A DNA stretch of 63,954 nucleotides, filler included, from an uncultured bacterium (GCA_964609495.1; 3 parts of 3 records of this genome joined end to end with filler, not necessarily neighbours in it), one strand, 5' to 3'; positions 1 through 10,928 are shown, counted from the first letter of the whole stretch. Program-made: numbers and translations. Notes: generated by a model from the letters alone, not told the origin.

Positions 1-55
1 GGAGGGTGTAATACAAAGTAAATTAGATCTTAGATCCCAGATTTTATATGCATCC
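1..55 (-). repeat. Truncated inverted copy of the dispersed repeat at 11083-11250 (contig edge)
   Basis: Reverse complement of 1-55 matches 11083-11137 at 54/55 nt. Confidence 0.9.
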
Positions 56-71
56 GATTTGTAGAATTAGG

Positions 72-602
72 CTAGAACTCTATACCCCTTTGAGCTTTTA
101 CTCCCTCCTCAAAGGGATGTTTGATCGTCTTCATCTCCGTTATTAAATCCGCTATATCCATTATGGCAGGATGAGCTTTTCTTCCTGTTAAAATGAGATG
201 AAGATTCTCCGGTTTACGCTTTAAAACCTCTAAAACGTTTTCTACATCAAGTAATTTATACGCGATAGCATAATTTATCTCATCCAAGATTACGATATCA
301 TAATCTCCGGAAAATATGACTTTCTTCGAAAGTTCCCAAGCCTCCGCAGCCGCTTTTCTATCCTCCCCAATATCTTTCTCATCCCAAGTGAAACCCCGTC
401 CCATAGGAGTTATCTCGAGATAGGGGGTGAGAAGCTCCGCCGCCTCCAGTTCTCCTGATCTCCACTTCCCCTTGATGAACTGAATCATCTTCACCTTCAT
501 CTTATGCCCTACCGCTCGCAGGGCGATTCCCAGCGCGGCAGTGGTCTTCCCCTTGCCATCTCCAGTATGAACTATGATTAAACCCCTCTTAACTTTATCC
601 AT
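72..602 (-). CDS. cobO: Cob(I)yrinic acid a,c-diamide adenosyltransferase
   Basis: HTGDGKGKTTAA P-loop, QFIKG, ILDEINYA, LTGR, KHPF...G..AQRGIEF; ATG at 602 follows an AAGGAG RBS. Confidence 0.93.
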   Translation of the reverse strand: MDKVKRGLIIVHTGDGKGKTTAALGIALRAVGHKMKVKMIQFIKGKWRSGELEAAELLTPYLEITPMGRGFTWDEKDIGEDRKAAAEAWELSKKVIFSGDYDIVILDEINYAIAYKLLDVENVLEVLKRKPENLHLILTGRKAHPAIMDIADLITEMKTIKHPFEEGVKAQRGIEF

Positions 603-645
603 ATAACATCTCCTTCGTCGCAATTGAGGGAGGACTATCCCCTCG

Positions 646-1749
646 CTAGTCCGAGATGATCGCAGAGACGATTCCTCCGATCAGTCCCGGTTCATTCCAG
701 GTTGGCGGACCTGAACCGACGCGCGCAACTACCAGATCAAGGGAGGGAATGATGTAACATCTATTTGATCTATATCCCTCTAGGGCGAAAGCATCTCTGG
801 GAAGGCCTGGCCAGCGGACGCCCTTCGTGTTTACCCACCACGTATAACCATAAGCTGGATTAAGGTCTTGTGATGATCTTGTGGCTAGATCCATCCACCA
901 TCTGGGGATCAGTTGCTGTCCATTCCACACGCCTTTGTGCAAGGCAAGATAACCAAAGCGCGCCAATTCCCTGGCGGAGATATGTATCCCCGTGTGCGCA
1001 TTGGTATGGGGTCCAATGAACCCGCTCCCCCCTTGCGGGTCCCAGCTTAGATTCTCTATGCCGATGGGATCGAAGACACGTTCCTTCATATACTCGCTCA
1101 TTTCTCGTCCCATGATGTTCGGAAAGATCAGCGAAAGATGAGCTATCGCAGGATCGCTGTAGTCCCAGTGGGTGCCAGGCTCTGCTGAGAGTTTGTCTGC
1201 CCATCTCCCGTATCTATTCGGACATCGTCCGAGCGAATGTTCGAACGGTCCATAGTCCGTCGCGGTGGGAATACCTATAACGCCCTTTTCCTCACCTGGG
1301 ATGCCGGATGTCATCGTGAGAAGATGCCGTATGGTGATGCGCTCCTTGCGGGGATCCGTGAGGGGATAGCCCTCTGGAAGGTAGGAGTAGGCTGGGCTGT
1401 CCAGAGCTACCTGTTGATCGTTTGGAAGCCGATTCTGGCGACTGTCCTCAAGGAGGAGACCCCACGCCGTTCCCGTGAAGGACTTCGTCCCCGAGAAGAT
1501 ATCAAATCTGGTAGGGATCAAGATGTTGAACGTATAGAACTCTCTCACCAGATAACCATGTCGGATAATGACGATCGACCACGAATCGCCACCGTAAAGG
1601 AACTCCTGCAATTCGCGCCCTAGATCGAGCTTTTCGGAATCCATACCTGCGAGGGCGCGAACTTCCTCCGGTTCCTTGATCCAGCGCCATCCACCTTTCG
1701 ATTCGGGTGGCGGGTAGTAGGTTTCGGTCTCTGAAGAATGGATTGCCAT
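646..1749 (-). CDS. Serine hydrolase, beta-lactamase class C/NylB-like family
   Basis: SxxK (SGTK), ITIRHLLTMTSG, YS motif, ARELARFGYL, YGYTWW, IIPSLDLVVAR; GC visibly higher than neighbouring genes. Confidence 0.85.
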   Translation of the reverse strand: MAIHSSETETYYPPPESKGGWRWIKEPEEVRALAGMDSEKLDLGRELQEFLYGGDSWSIVIIRHGYLVREFYTFNILIPTRFDIFSGTKSFTGTAWGLLLEDSRQNRLPNDQQVALDSPAYSYLPEGYPLTDPRKERITIRHLLTMTSGIPGEEKGVIGIPTATDYGPFEHSLGRCPNRYGRWADKLSAEPGTHWDYSDPAIAHLSLIFPNIMGREMSEYMKERVFDPIGIENLSWDPQGGSGFIGPHTNAHTGIHISARELARFGYLALHKGVWNGQQLIPRWWMDLATRSSQDLNPAYGYTWWVNTKGVRWPGLPRDAFALEGYRSNRCYIIPSLDLVVARVGSGPPTWNEPGLIGGIVSAIISD

Positions 1750-1762
1750 AGCTCTGCCCCCC

Positions 1763-3052
<1,290 letters not shown>

Positions 3053-4102
3053 TTATCTCCTCGCCTTCCTTTCGTATTTTCCGCGAAGCTGTTTGCATAC
3101 CGCATCCAATCCCACATCTCTTTCGGCTCTTATCACAGTGGCAAAACCTCTTTCCTTCAAGATCTGTTGAAATTCATATACTCTATTTCTACTTGGACGC
3201 TCATAATCAGTCCCCTCTACCGAATTGAAGGGGATCAGATTGATATTGCAGGGGATCCCTTCTAACAGGTCCGCCAATCTATGCGCTTGTCCTAGCTCAT
3301 CATTTACCTCTGATATTAAATTATACTCAAAGGTTATCCTTCTGCCCGTTCGCCTCACATAATAGCGGCATGCTTCTAATAGCATCCCCAAAGGGTATCT
3401 CTTGTTAATTGGCATCAATATATCCCTTAGTCTATCAGATGTAGCGTTAAGGGATACCGCTAACCTTACCTGTAAACCTTCCCTGGCGAGATGTCTTATC
3501 TGTGGTGCTAATCCACAAGTGGAGACGATTATATGGCGAGCACCTATATAGAGTCCTTCTGGAGAGATAAGTAAACGGATAGCTTTAAGGACATTATTAT
3601 AGTTAGCAAAGCACTCTCCGATCAGGACAATATTAGAGATAGTTCGATTGTTTTCTCGTTCCCAAAGATCATCGCGTATGGTTAATACTTGATCCACTAT
3701 CTCCGCCGCAGTTAAATCTCTGATAAGCCCCTCTTTACCTGTAACACAGAAATCACACTGATAAGCACATCCTACTTGACTGGAGATACAGGTCGTTGTC
3801 CTGCGATCATATAAAAGGAGGACGCTTTCTATTGTATTGCTATCCTCCAATTCGAACAGATATTTAATTGTATCTTTCGAGGGAGTTTCACTCTTACCCT
3901 TTATCTTTAACCGAGATATATAAGCTATCTCCTCGAGCTTCGCCCTTAGAGCTTTCGAGAGGTCGGTCATCTCTCTGCTGGAGGTAACTCCTCGCTTATA
4001 TATCCACCTCATCGTTTGAGAAGCTCGATATTTTGGCTCGCCAAGAGCGAGAAAGAACTCTTCTAGCTCCCTCCTTGATAGACCTTTCAAATTCAACTTC
4101 AT
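3053..4102 (-). CDS. rlmN: RlmN-family radical SAM RNA methyltransferase with a divergent active-site loop
   Basis: CISSQVGC-x3-C-x2-C, RDLTAAEIVDQV, RRITFEY, NLIPFN, C-terminal DAVCKQL; MGMGEP is replaced by LIGEC. Confidence 0.85.
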   Translation of the reverse strand: MKLNLKGLSRRELEEFFLALGEPKYRASQTMRWIYKRGVTSSREMTDLSKALRAKLEEIAYISRLKIKGKSETPSKDTIKYLFELEDSNTIESVLLLYDRRTTTCISSQVGCAYQCDFCVTGKEGLIRDLTAAEIVDQVLTIRDDLWERENNRTISNIVLIGECFANYNNVLKAIRLLISPEGLYIGARHIIVSTCGLAPQIRHLAREGLQVRLAVSLNATSDRLRDILMPINKRYPLGMLLEACRYYVRRTGRRITFEYNLISEVNDELGQAHRLADLLEGIPCNINLIPFNSVEGTDYERPSRNRVYEFQQILKERGFATVIRAERDVGLDAVCKQLRGKYERKARR

Positions 4103-5340
4103 CTTAAATCAGGCGCGGAGGAAGTGCCTACTCTCCTCTCTACTAAAAGGGTGCCGAATCTTTCTAACAAAAGCAACTCTTCCGCTTTCGCTGAACTATG
4201 TATTTTAGTTCCGTTAAGTCCCCTAAGAGCGAAATAACCTGATCTTCTTCTCCCAAAGATAAAACACTCCATCCCCTTGAACAAAACTTTGTCAAAACGC
4301 TGGAAGCCCTTGATAAATCTATCCGAGGTGTTCCTTATATGACTTCTATTCCCCTTGAATAGTTTGCGATTACATTTCCTTACCCGTCGGAGGAAATAAT
4401 ACTCTGAGGCTCGCTTTTGCCTACTTCCACCCGCTATGACGAAAGCATCGTTCCGATGTGATTTTGGCAATCCTAGGGCTATTCTGCCTTGTTTTGTTAG
4501 ATAGCCATAGGTATGGGAAACAACATTGCCCCTCTCCCTTAACTGATTTACCAATTTCCATCTAACCGAAGACATAAAAGTCTCTGCCTTGAAACTCCGA
4601 TCTGGTTTAATCCTGAGTTTCAACTCGCCTTTGGACACCTTCTGGTGGCATGTAGAACATAATGTTATCAAGTTATCAGGGCTATTTCCCCCAGTCTGCC
4701 TCGTCTCGATATGATGGACTTCTAAGACCGGGTCCTTAGACTGGCCTTGGCAATGTTGACAGGTATGATTATCTCGGTAGAGAACATATTCCCTAACATT
4801 CCAAAAGCCTTTTTGCAGACCATTCTGATATTCAATACCTGATATATTCGGGTTCTTGATCTTTTGAATATCAAACGCTGAGACTTCTACGATGATCTCA
4901 GTAATAGGTAATATCTCCTTAACCTTCTCAATTATCTTGAGGTGGGAGTCTAATTTGTGCTGAATAGAGGGAGCTAACCAACCAGCTGGCTTCTTGCGAT
5001 TAAGGAAACGAGCTTTCCGATGCCAGGTTTTCCGATTTCTTCTTGCTCTCCGATACGCTCTCCTTTCCGAGTTGAGCTTCACCAGGTCGTCTCTTAATCT
5101 CACCTCTGCTTGGAAGACTTCCTCTTTTTCGGTGATAGCAGATAGACCAATACTGCCATAACCTGCATCTACTCCTAGAGTAATGGGCTGTCTATAGCCA
5201 GATGAACCATAAAGTAGTTGAATAGTAAAGGGTGTTCTTTTCACTACTTTTGCCTTGCCTTCTTTTAGGAGAAGTCTTGCTCTTCTTGGACGGCATGGCA
5301 TCAAAGGTTTTCCGTGTTTGTTAATAACGAACACTAACAT
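4099..5340 (-). CDS. iscB: RNA-guided endonuclease IscB
   Basis: N-terminal PLMP domain, RuvC-I GVDAG, Arg-rich bridge helix RRAYRRARRNR, RuvC-II IIVE, HNH with CxxC pairs (EVHH…NLITLCSTCH), RuvC-III SHRNDA. Confidence 0.97.
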   Translation of the reverse strand: MLVFVINKHGKPLMPCRPRRARLLLKEGKAKVVKRTPFTIQLLYGSSGYRQPITLGVDAGYGSIGLSAITEKEEVFQAEVRLRDDLVKLNSERRAYRRARRNRKTWHRKARFLNRKKPAGWLAPSIQHKLDSHLKIIEKVKEILPITEIIVEVSAFDIQKIKNPNISGIEYQNGLQKGFWNVREYVLYRDNHTCQHCQGQSKDPVLEVHHIETRQTGGNSPDNLITLCSTCHQKVSKGELKLRIKPDRSFKAETFMSSVRWKLVNQLRERGNVVSHTYGYLTKQGRIALGLPKSHRNDAFVIAGGSRQKRASEYYFLRRVRKCNRKLFKGNRSHIRNTSDRFIKGFQRFDKVLFKGMECFIFGRRRSGYFALRGLNGTKIHSSAKAEELLLLERFGTLLVERRVGTSSAPDLR

Positions 5341-5587
5341 AGAGTGTTCCTCCTTGCGGAGTTAGAGCCGCATCGGGACTGTTAAGGGAGGTTTTTAAGC
5401 TCGCCACACTATCCCTACCTCTCAGGATTGTTTAATGACGAACCACAGTTGCTACAGACGTGCGGAATATCCGTAGGTGTGTATGTAATTTCTCTCCCTT
5501 AACTGCTGCCTATATCCAGGCCCCCTAGTCAACCAGGACTTGCTCTTGCAAGCCCCTACTGATTGAAAATCAGTAGGGGTTGTTGAC
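4103..5587 (-). mobile_element. Non-autonomous IS200/IS605-superfamily IscB element (omegaRNA + iscB, no tnpA), inserted between the rlmN leader and its ATG
   Basis: One boundary is the GTCAAC start of the omegaRNA (5587) and the other abuts ATGAAG of rlmN; the joined flanks (…GTAAAACG|ATGAAGTTGAA) match the uninterrupted paralogous site at 10991-11020. Confidence 0.85.
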
Positions 5588-5617
5588 CGTTTTACACGCG
5601 CTCTGTTTTCTATCATC
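5341..5617 (-). ncRNA. IscB omegaRNA (HEARO-type): ~30-nt 5' guide (5617-5588) followed by scaffold (5587-~5350)
   Basis: Scaffold begins GTCAACAACCCCTACTGATTTTCAATCAGTAGGGGCTTGCAAGAGCAAGTCCTGGTTGACTAG (GTCAAC/GTTGAC pairing, nested hairpins) directly upstream of iscB; 5' end inferred from the promoter. Confidence 0.9.
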
Positions 5618-5666
5618 TAATCAATTATACTATAGAGTAGGGCAAAAGTCAATACTAAGTGATTCA
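5588..5666 (-). repeat. Direct repeat copy 1 (promoter + leader); partner at 11002-11082
   Basis: ~80 bp match with 4 substitutions and a 1-nt indel. Confidence 0.95.
5624..5652 (-). promoter_or_regulatory. Sigma70-type promoter driving omegaRNA-iscB-rlmN-purA
   Basis: TTGACT-17 bp-TATAAT on the minus strand. Confidence 0.85.
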
Positions 5667-5698
5667 ATTCGAGGAGGTCGAAGGTTCTGCCAGCGAAC

Positions 5699-5736
5699 AA
5701 AAAAGGGTGATCTCATTGATATATCAGAGATCACCC
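5699..5736 (-). terminator. Intrinsic terminator of the glycosyltransferase operon
   Basis: GGGTGATCTC…GAGATCACCC stem followed by T6 on the minus strand. Confidence 0.75.
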
Positions 5737-5874
5737 ACTTAAAAACTATGATGATTAATATTACTTTTTCATAACAGCTAATTTTTTGGATATTCCTAGC
5801 GGATTCCACATTAGCTTTGGCAGAGAGTTGACGGAAATCCGAAGCAAAGAGCCTGCTCTAAACAACATCTTTGG

Positions 5875-6873
5875 TCATCCCTCTTTAAAGGGAACTTTTG
5901 AACCTTGAGCTCTATTGCCTGCAAAAGTTCCCTTTTTAACTCCTCTTCGGAAGTAGAATTGAAGGAGTTGGCTATATATCACGCCTGAGAATCTGTTGAA
6001 GCCTAAATAAGGGACTATAGCTTTGAAGAGTGGCTCGGTAAATTCATTGAATACAGCTCGTTTCGCTATCTCTTTGAGCATAACCACTCCTCTGGCATCG
6101 GATGGAGATAGGTAGAAGGCATCTCCTCTCGCCTCAGGAGCTACTCTAGTCAAAATTACTGCGGCTCTCCCTGCAGTCTCCATACGCTTGCGATAGGCTT
6201 CATAATCCATAGGATGATAGTGATATCCTATCGCCTTCGTATCATATATAAACCTTGTCCCTCTTCTGGCTAATCTATATGCCATCTCTGTATCTTCCCA
6301 GGTGGAGACCGGAGGGGGCCAGAAGTTCTCTTGATCAAACATTCCAATATCTATAAGAAGCTTTCTCCTTACGGATGCATTACAAGTGAGGAGGTACTTA
6401 CCTGATACGTCCCCCTCCTTCTCCGGGTAGGAGAAGGGATAGCCGAGGCTCTGCATAAGGTTCATAAAAGCGGTCTCTATCTCAGGGTAAAATAGGACTT
6501 TCCCTAACACCGCTATATCCTCATCTGGATATTCCTCATAGTACTTTATATGTTCTCTTAATAGATTGCGATCCGCTATTATATCATCGCCAATGAATAG
6601 GGTGACCTCTCCCTCTGCACTTCTCACCCCGGTATTCCTAGCTGCGTTACCTCCACTGTTACGCTCATGTCTAAAGTACTTGATCTTAACTTCTGCCTTG
6701 GGGATGATCTCCCTCACCATCTCCTCAGTTCCATCCTGCGAGCAATCATCAACTATGACGATCTCAAATTCATCCTTGGGGTAGGTCTGTTCAAATAGCG
6801 AAGTCAAGCACTTCTTCAATATCTCCTTTCGATTATAGCTTGGTATTATCACACTTAAGGGTAAACTACTCAT
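5875..6873 (-). CDS. GT2 family glycosyltransferase
   Basis: SVIIPSYNR, IVDDCSQDGT, ARNTG, GDD, EDTE motif. Confidence 0.92.
   Translation of the reverse strand: MSSLPLSVIIPSYNRKEILKKCLTSLFEQTYPKDEFEIVIVDDCSQDGTEEMVREIIPKAEVKIKYFRHERNSGGNAARNTGVRSAEGEVTLFIGDDIIADRNLLREHIKYYEEYPDEDIAVLGKVLFYPEIETAFMNLMQSLGYPFSYPEKEGDVSGKYLLTCNASVRRKLLIDIGMFDQENFWPPPVSTWEDTEMAYRLARRGTRFIYDTKAIGYHYHPMDYEAYRKRMETAGRAAVILTRVAPEARGDAFYLSPSDARGVVMLKEIAKRAVFNEFTEPLFKAIVPYLGFNRFSGVIYSQLLQFYFRRGVKKGTFAGNRAQGSKVPFKEG
5887..5935 (+). repeat. ~50-bp palindromic REP-like repeat (family A), in frame in the GT2 3' end
   Basis: AAAGGGAACTTTTG-AACCTTGAG…GC-AAAAGTTCCCTTT; related copies at 19726, 22847 and 36554. Confidence 0.8.
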
Positions 6874-6950
6874 TATGCTCCTTTTTAGGTGATTAGGTGA
6901 GCAGTTACTTCAAATCTTTATCTCACTTTGTCTTAGATCTAAATTTATTC

Positions 6951-7646
6951 TTATTCCGATTGAACTATAATAAACGAGTAATCTAAACCTCTTCTCCACT
7001 TGAGGCTTCTTCCCCATTTGATAAGCTTTTCCTCAACTAAAGACAGACCTAGATATCGCATGCAATTGATTAGAAATCCATGAGAGAATATCCAAATCCA
7101 TCCCGAGGGATCACCAAATTTCTTCGACGGATATATATCGCCATATTCTTTGAATTTTTCGGAGAAGGGAGCAAAAAGCAAATCACTGCGGTTCCTGGAT
7201 TTACTAATCACTGGATTCGCAAAAATGGCTTTCTTTGCGGAAAAGGAATCGATGATATTAGATATGAAGTGAATTGGCTCTGGCTGATGAAGAAGGATAT
7301 CATAGCATATTATCGCATCTGCTGGATACTCAGCTCCTAACGCCCTGAGCCCACCATCTATCATTGATTTATAGAAGTCCATTTTGATATACCGAACATT
7401 CGAAAAGTTGTCCTTGATCTCGTTGAAACGATTACTTAGATAATCGTCAAGTAGAATGACATCTTTCGCTCCTTCAGTCTCAGAGAGGAAGCTATAGAAG
7501 CCATTGCACTTCCACATTCCCCCAACATCAACTACACGCTCAGCAGGAAACAGTTTATGGATCCATTGAGCCTTCTCCCTGATTAGTGCAGGCATTTTAT
7601 CCTCTTGAAAGCAAAGGCTATAGAGATCCTCACAAGTTTCCTTCAT
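6951..7646 (-). CDS. Putative SAM-dependent methyltransferase-like protein
   Basis: VVDVGG motif-I-like sequence, DAIICYDILLHQPEP; RBS GGAGG. Confidence 0.55.
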   Translation of the reverse strand: MKETCEDLYSLCFQEDKMPALIREKAQWIHKLFPAERVVDVGGMWKCNGFYSFLSETEGAKDVILLDDYLSNRFNEIKDNFSNVRYIKMDFYKSMIDGGLRALGAEYPADAIICYDILLHQPEPIHFISNIIDSFSAKKAIFANPVISKSRNRSDLLFAPFSEKFKEYGDIYPSKKFGDPSGWIWIFSHGFLINCMRYLGLSLVEEKLIKWGRSLKWRRGLDYSFIIVQSE

Positions 7647-7768
7647 TATCTTTTCCTCCTTAATTCAATCAATATTCTACTATTTGCTAACTCTCAGATC
7701 TGAGATGGTTTAATTCAATCTAATCGTTCAATTCCGCAATGTTCAAAGGTGGACCCCCTTTTTAGAAA

Positions 7769-8584
7769 CTAACTTCTCTTCCAAGCTTTAACATAGATAT
7801 CATTACAGAAGATCAAACTAAGTGGATATAATGTAGAGATAGGCCAAAACCTAGATAATAAAAAATATAATTTATCTTTGATAGTAGGTTTAAATATATT
7901 TCTCAATTGAATAGTATAATCAGAACCAGCTTTATCCAGATACTTTCGAATGGAGAAAGGCGTTTGTTCATTGATATGTAGCAGATGCTCGCACTCCGTT
8001 CTCGGATCTAGCGAAGTAGGAAGATAATCTTTCCCCAATATCAACTTGATAGCTGAGTTCACATACCTTGTATAGAATCTGTATCCATAATCATAAAAGA
8101 GTCTATTGGGCATAGTGTGTATTATCAGCCTTCCTTCGTCCTTCAATACTCGATAGATCTCACTTAGTATCGACTCAACTTCCTCGGGATATAGGTGCTC
8201 GATCACATCGAGAAAGAAGATCACATCAAAGGAGGAGGATTCGTATGGCATCTTCTTCGCATCGGCTAACTCTAATACCACCCTCTTTTGAGCCTCCTCT
8301 GATAGATCGGAGATCGCCCTTTTGGCTAGATCAATGGCATCCTTAGAATAATCGATACCAATTACATAAGCTCCCTGTTTTGCACAATACCGAACTATCT
8401 CTCCTCTTCCACACCCTATATCTAATACCCGACATTCACTGGTAACATCTGCCAAACTCAAGCTTTTTGTCAAACGAGGTGTCAGTTCATCTCCCTTATA
8501 ATCCTTAAACTCAGGACCTCCTTCAGCCAACTCCAGATAGTATTCCTCGTCATAATAGTCGCTTGGGACAGATTTTTCCTTCAT
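7769..8584 (-). CDS. Class I SAM-dependent methyltransferase
   Basis: VLDIGCGRG, GIDYS, SFDVI…DVIEHL, RVLK.EG. Confidence 0.9.
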   Translation of the reverse strand: MKEKSVPSDYYDEEYYLELAEGGPEFKDYKGDELTPRLTKSLSLADVTSECRVLDIGCGRGEIVRYCAKQGAYVIGIDYSKDAIDLAKRAISDLSEEAQKRVVLELADAKKMPYESSSFDVIFFLDVIEHLYPEEVESILSEIYRVLKDEGRLIIHTMPNRLFYDYGYRFYTRYVNSAIKLILGKDYLPTSLDPRTECEHLLHINEQTPFSIRKYLDKAGSDYTIQLRNIFKPTIKDKLYFLLSRFWPISTLYPLSLIFCNDIYVKAWKRS

Positions 8585-8599
8585 AAGGGGAATTACCTC

Positions 8600-10165
8600 C
8601 TATCCCGATAGACGTCCTATCGTGCTTGTATAGGCTATTCTAGCATAGTGATTTAATTGAGAGATATCATACTCGTCCAGATAAGAAGATTTTAACATAA
8701 CAACTATATAAAATGCTGTATAAGTCAAGATAGCTAGCAATATACCCTTTAGTCCTCCTGCTACCCTTTCGAGGAAGAAGAATAGAACTCCCCCGCTGAT
8801 ACAGGTAATTAAAGGACGGGTTAGAGCTTTCCAAAAAGTGTCTTGGGGAGATATCTTATGCCTTGTATGGAAGCTGACGATGAGGTAAAAATTGCCCAGA
8901 GTCAAGGCTATAACTATTCCTAATATTGTCCCTATATATCCGAACTTCATGGTCAAAGCGATACCTAATATCATATTCAGACCGATTCCGATCAAAGTAG
9001 CATATGCCCCATAACGAGGATTCCCCATTCCCGTATCTATCAAAAACCCTGGTCCAGCCAGCAGATTGATGAAGTTACCTATCGCCAATAATTGAAGCGC
9101 TAAAGCGGTCATCTCGTAGCCAGGACCAAGCCAGAGCCTAACTAGTGGTTGAGCAAAGACCGCGATGAAGATGAAGAGCGGAGCGCTGAACAAGACCATA
9201 TACTTAAGAGCGCGATAGTATAATCCATACAATCTTTGAAAATCTCGCTTTGCGTAGATCTCAGAAGCCGCGGGCATAATAGGGTTGATGATCATTAAGG
9301 GGAAAGCTCTGATCTGATTAATTATATTAGAAGCAGCTTCGAAATAAGCGACATAGTTCAAGTTCGTGAAGTAGCCAAGTATGATCTTACTCAATTGGTT
9401 GAGGACTAAACCACCTAAGCCGACGACCTGCATCTGCACACTGAATCCTAAGAGCCTCTTTACATACTTTGCTCTGAAGAGAAAGGGATTAATCCTCAGG
9501 GCCTTAAATTGTATCTTGGACATAAGTCCGTTAAAGATAATAGCTACTGAAATTGCTATCGCATTTACTATAACTAATCCTCTCAACCCATAACCCAAAT
9601 TCAAAGCGATAATAGTTCCGATAGCATTAACGATGACGCTCGATATAGCGGCGATATTCGTCAAATCCATCCGTTGTAATCCATTGAGGAGGGAGATGAA
9701 GATGCTGAAAGTCAAATTCGCGGTGAAGATCAAGATAGCCCCAGTTAGCACAAAGCCTATATCGTTTTTGAACTCTCCACTTCCAATATGAGAGGAGACT
9801 CCCCCTCCTATATTGAAGAAATTGACGATGATCCACTCCTTCAAGAAGAGAAATAATACGAAGCTAAGAGCTCCCATCACCAGGCAGATCACGAAATAGG
9901 TATTGAGCAGAATGTTGATCTGACGATCGTCTTCCTTAGCCTTATACTCAGCAATGAATTTGACCAAAGCTGCTCCTAATCCCAAATCGAGTACCTTTAC
10001 ATAGTTCGCAAAGGCGCTGGCTAGAGCCCAAATCCCAAAGCCTGTAGTTCCAAGTCTCGATATTATGAAGGGGGTCATAATCAGGATTATGGGAAAAGAA
10101 ATGACCCCCCGTAAGATGTTAAAGAAGGAATTTTTAACTATCTTTTTTGATAAATCTTGCGTCAA
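8600..10165 (-). CDS. Oligosaccharide/polysaccharide flippase (Wzx-like, MOP superfamily)
   Basis: Roughly 14 hydrophobic segments, PFIISRLG..GFGIW, DLGLG.ALVKFIAE, P..SE motif. Confidence 0.88.
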   Translation of the reverse strand: MTQDLSKKIVKNSFFNILRGVISFPIILIMTPFIISRLGTTGFGIWALASAFANYVKVLDLGLGAALVKFIAEYKAKEDDRQINILLNTYFVICLVMGALSFVLFLFLKEWIIVNFFNIGGGVSSHIGSGEFKNDIGFVLTGAILIFTANLTFSIFISLLNGLQRMDLTNIAAISSVIVNAIGTIIALNLGYGLRGLVIVNAIAISVAIIFNGLMSKIQFKALRINPFLFRAKYVKRLLGFSVQMQVVGLGGLVLNQLSKIILGYFTNLNYVAYFEAASNIINQIRAFPLMIINPIMPAASEIYAKRDFQRLYGLYYRALKYMVLFSAPLFIFIAVFAQPLVRLWLGPGYEMTALALQLLAIGNFINLLAGPGFLIDTGMGNPRYGAYATLIGIGLNMILGIALTMKFGYIGTILGIVIALTLGNFYLIVSFHTRHKISPQDTFWKALTRPLITCISGGVLFFFLERVAGGLKGILLAILTYTAFYIVVMLKSSYLDEYDISQLNHYARIAYTSTIGRLSG

Positions 10166-10169
10166 ATTT

Positions 10170-10928
10170 TTATCTCACAAGGATTGCTAGAGTAGTTCCA
10201 GCAATATGACGTATTTCAAATTCGGGGTGGTGTTTTTGAAACTCGTTTAGTGCCTTTGTAACGCCATTCCAGGCATTATAGTCGTGCCAGACAATAACTC
10301 CCTTGCCTTGCCTCAGTAGTTTTAGGGCCACTTGAGTGTCGTTCACTACATAATCGTAACTATGATTTCCATCGATAAAGATAAAATCGACTCTATCTAA
10401 ATATGGTGAATAATCAAACTTGGCAGAATCTCCGTAAAGTTGAACAATCTTTCCTTTCTCAGGCAACTCTTCCTCATCTTTTGAAGTGAAACGATACCCA
10501 GGTGGACTTTTATCGATATTTTGTAGAGGAAGGTCAAGCGTATATACTATAGCTTCATCGGGAGAATTTATCGCCAGGTTAATCGTCGTTCTCCCGTCAA
10601 AGGTGCCTATTTCAAACAGGATTTTGGGATTATATCTCTTGACCAAAGCGTTAATAACTAAAGTTTCATATAATAAGACATTTATTCCGCGCTTGGTGAT
10701 TGGCTCTGCAATCGAGAATCTGCTATTCCCTATGACATCTTCAACAGCGGCTGATTTCAGTTTGGGGATTTCACGCCCAAATCCGAAACCGTAATAAAAA
10801 CAGGTCTCTCTTAGAAACCCCCTTCCTTTGACGAAGAGAATACCAAAGGTCAAAGAAAAGAGGAATAGGAAGAAAGCTGAGATGTAGATTAAAAAAAAGT
10901 CGACTCCTCTTTTGACAATTGCTCCCAT
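10170..10928 (-). CDS. Class I SAM-dependent methyltransferase (Methyltransf_24-like) with N-terminal membrane anchor
   Basis: FEIGTFDGRT, GDS, DFIFIDGNHSY, VWHDY. Confidence 0.85.
   Translation of the reverse strand: MGAIVKRGVDFFLIYISAFFLFLFSLTFGILFVKGRGFLRETCFYYGFGFGREIPKLKSAAVEDVIGNSRFSIAEPITKRGINVLLYETLVINALVKRYNPKILFEIGTFDGRTTINLAINSPDEAIVYTLDLPLQNIDKSPPGYRFTSKDEEELPEKGKIVQLYGDSAKFDYSPYLDRVDFIFIDGNHSYDYVVNDTQVALKLLRQGKGVIVWHDYNAWNGVTKALNEFQKHHPEFEIRHIAGTTLAILVR

Noticed and set aside
5780-5870. Hairpin CGGATTCC…GGAAATCCG downstream of GT2 as a structured RNA
   Set aside because: A single weak stem with no recognisable family or second copy.
5341-5900. CRISPR array associated with iscB, or elsewhere in the window
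   Set aside because: No regularly spaced direct repeats with spacers were seen.
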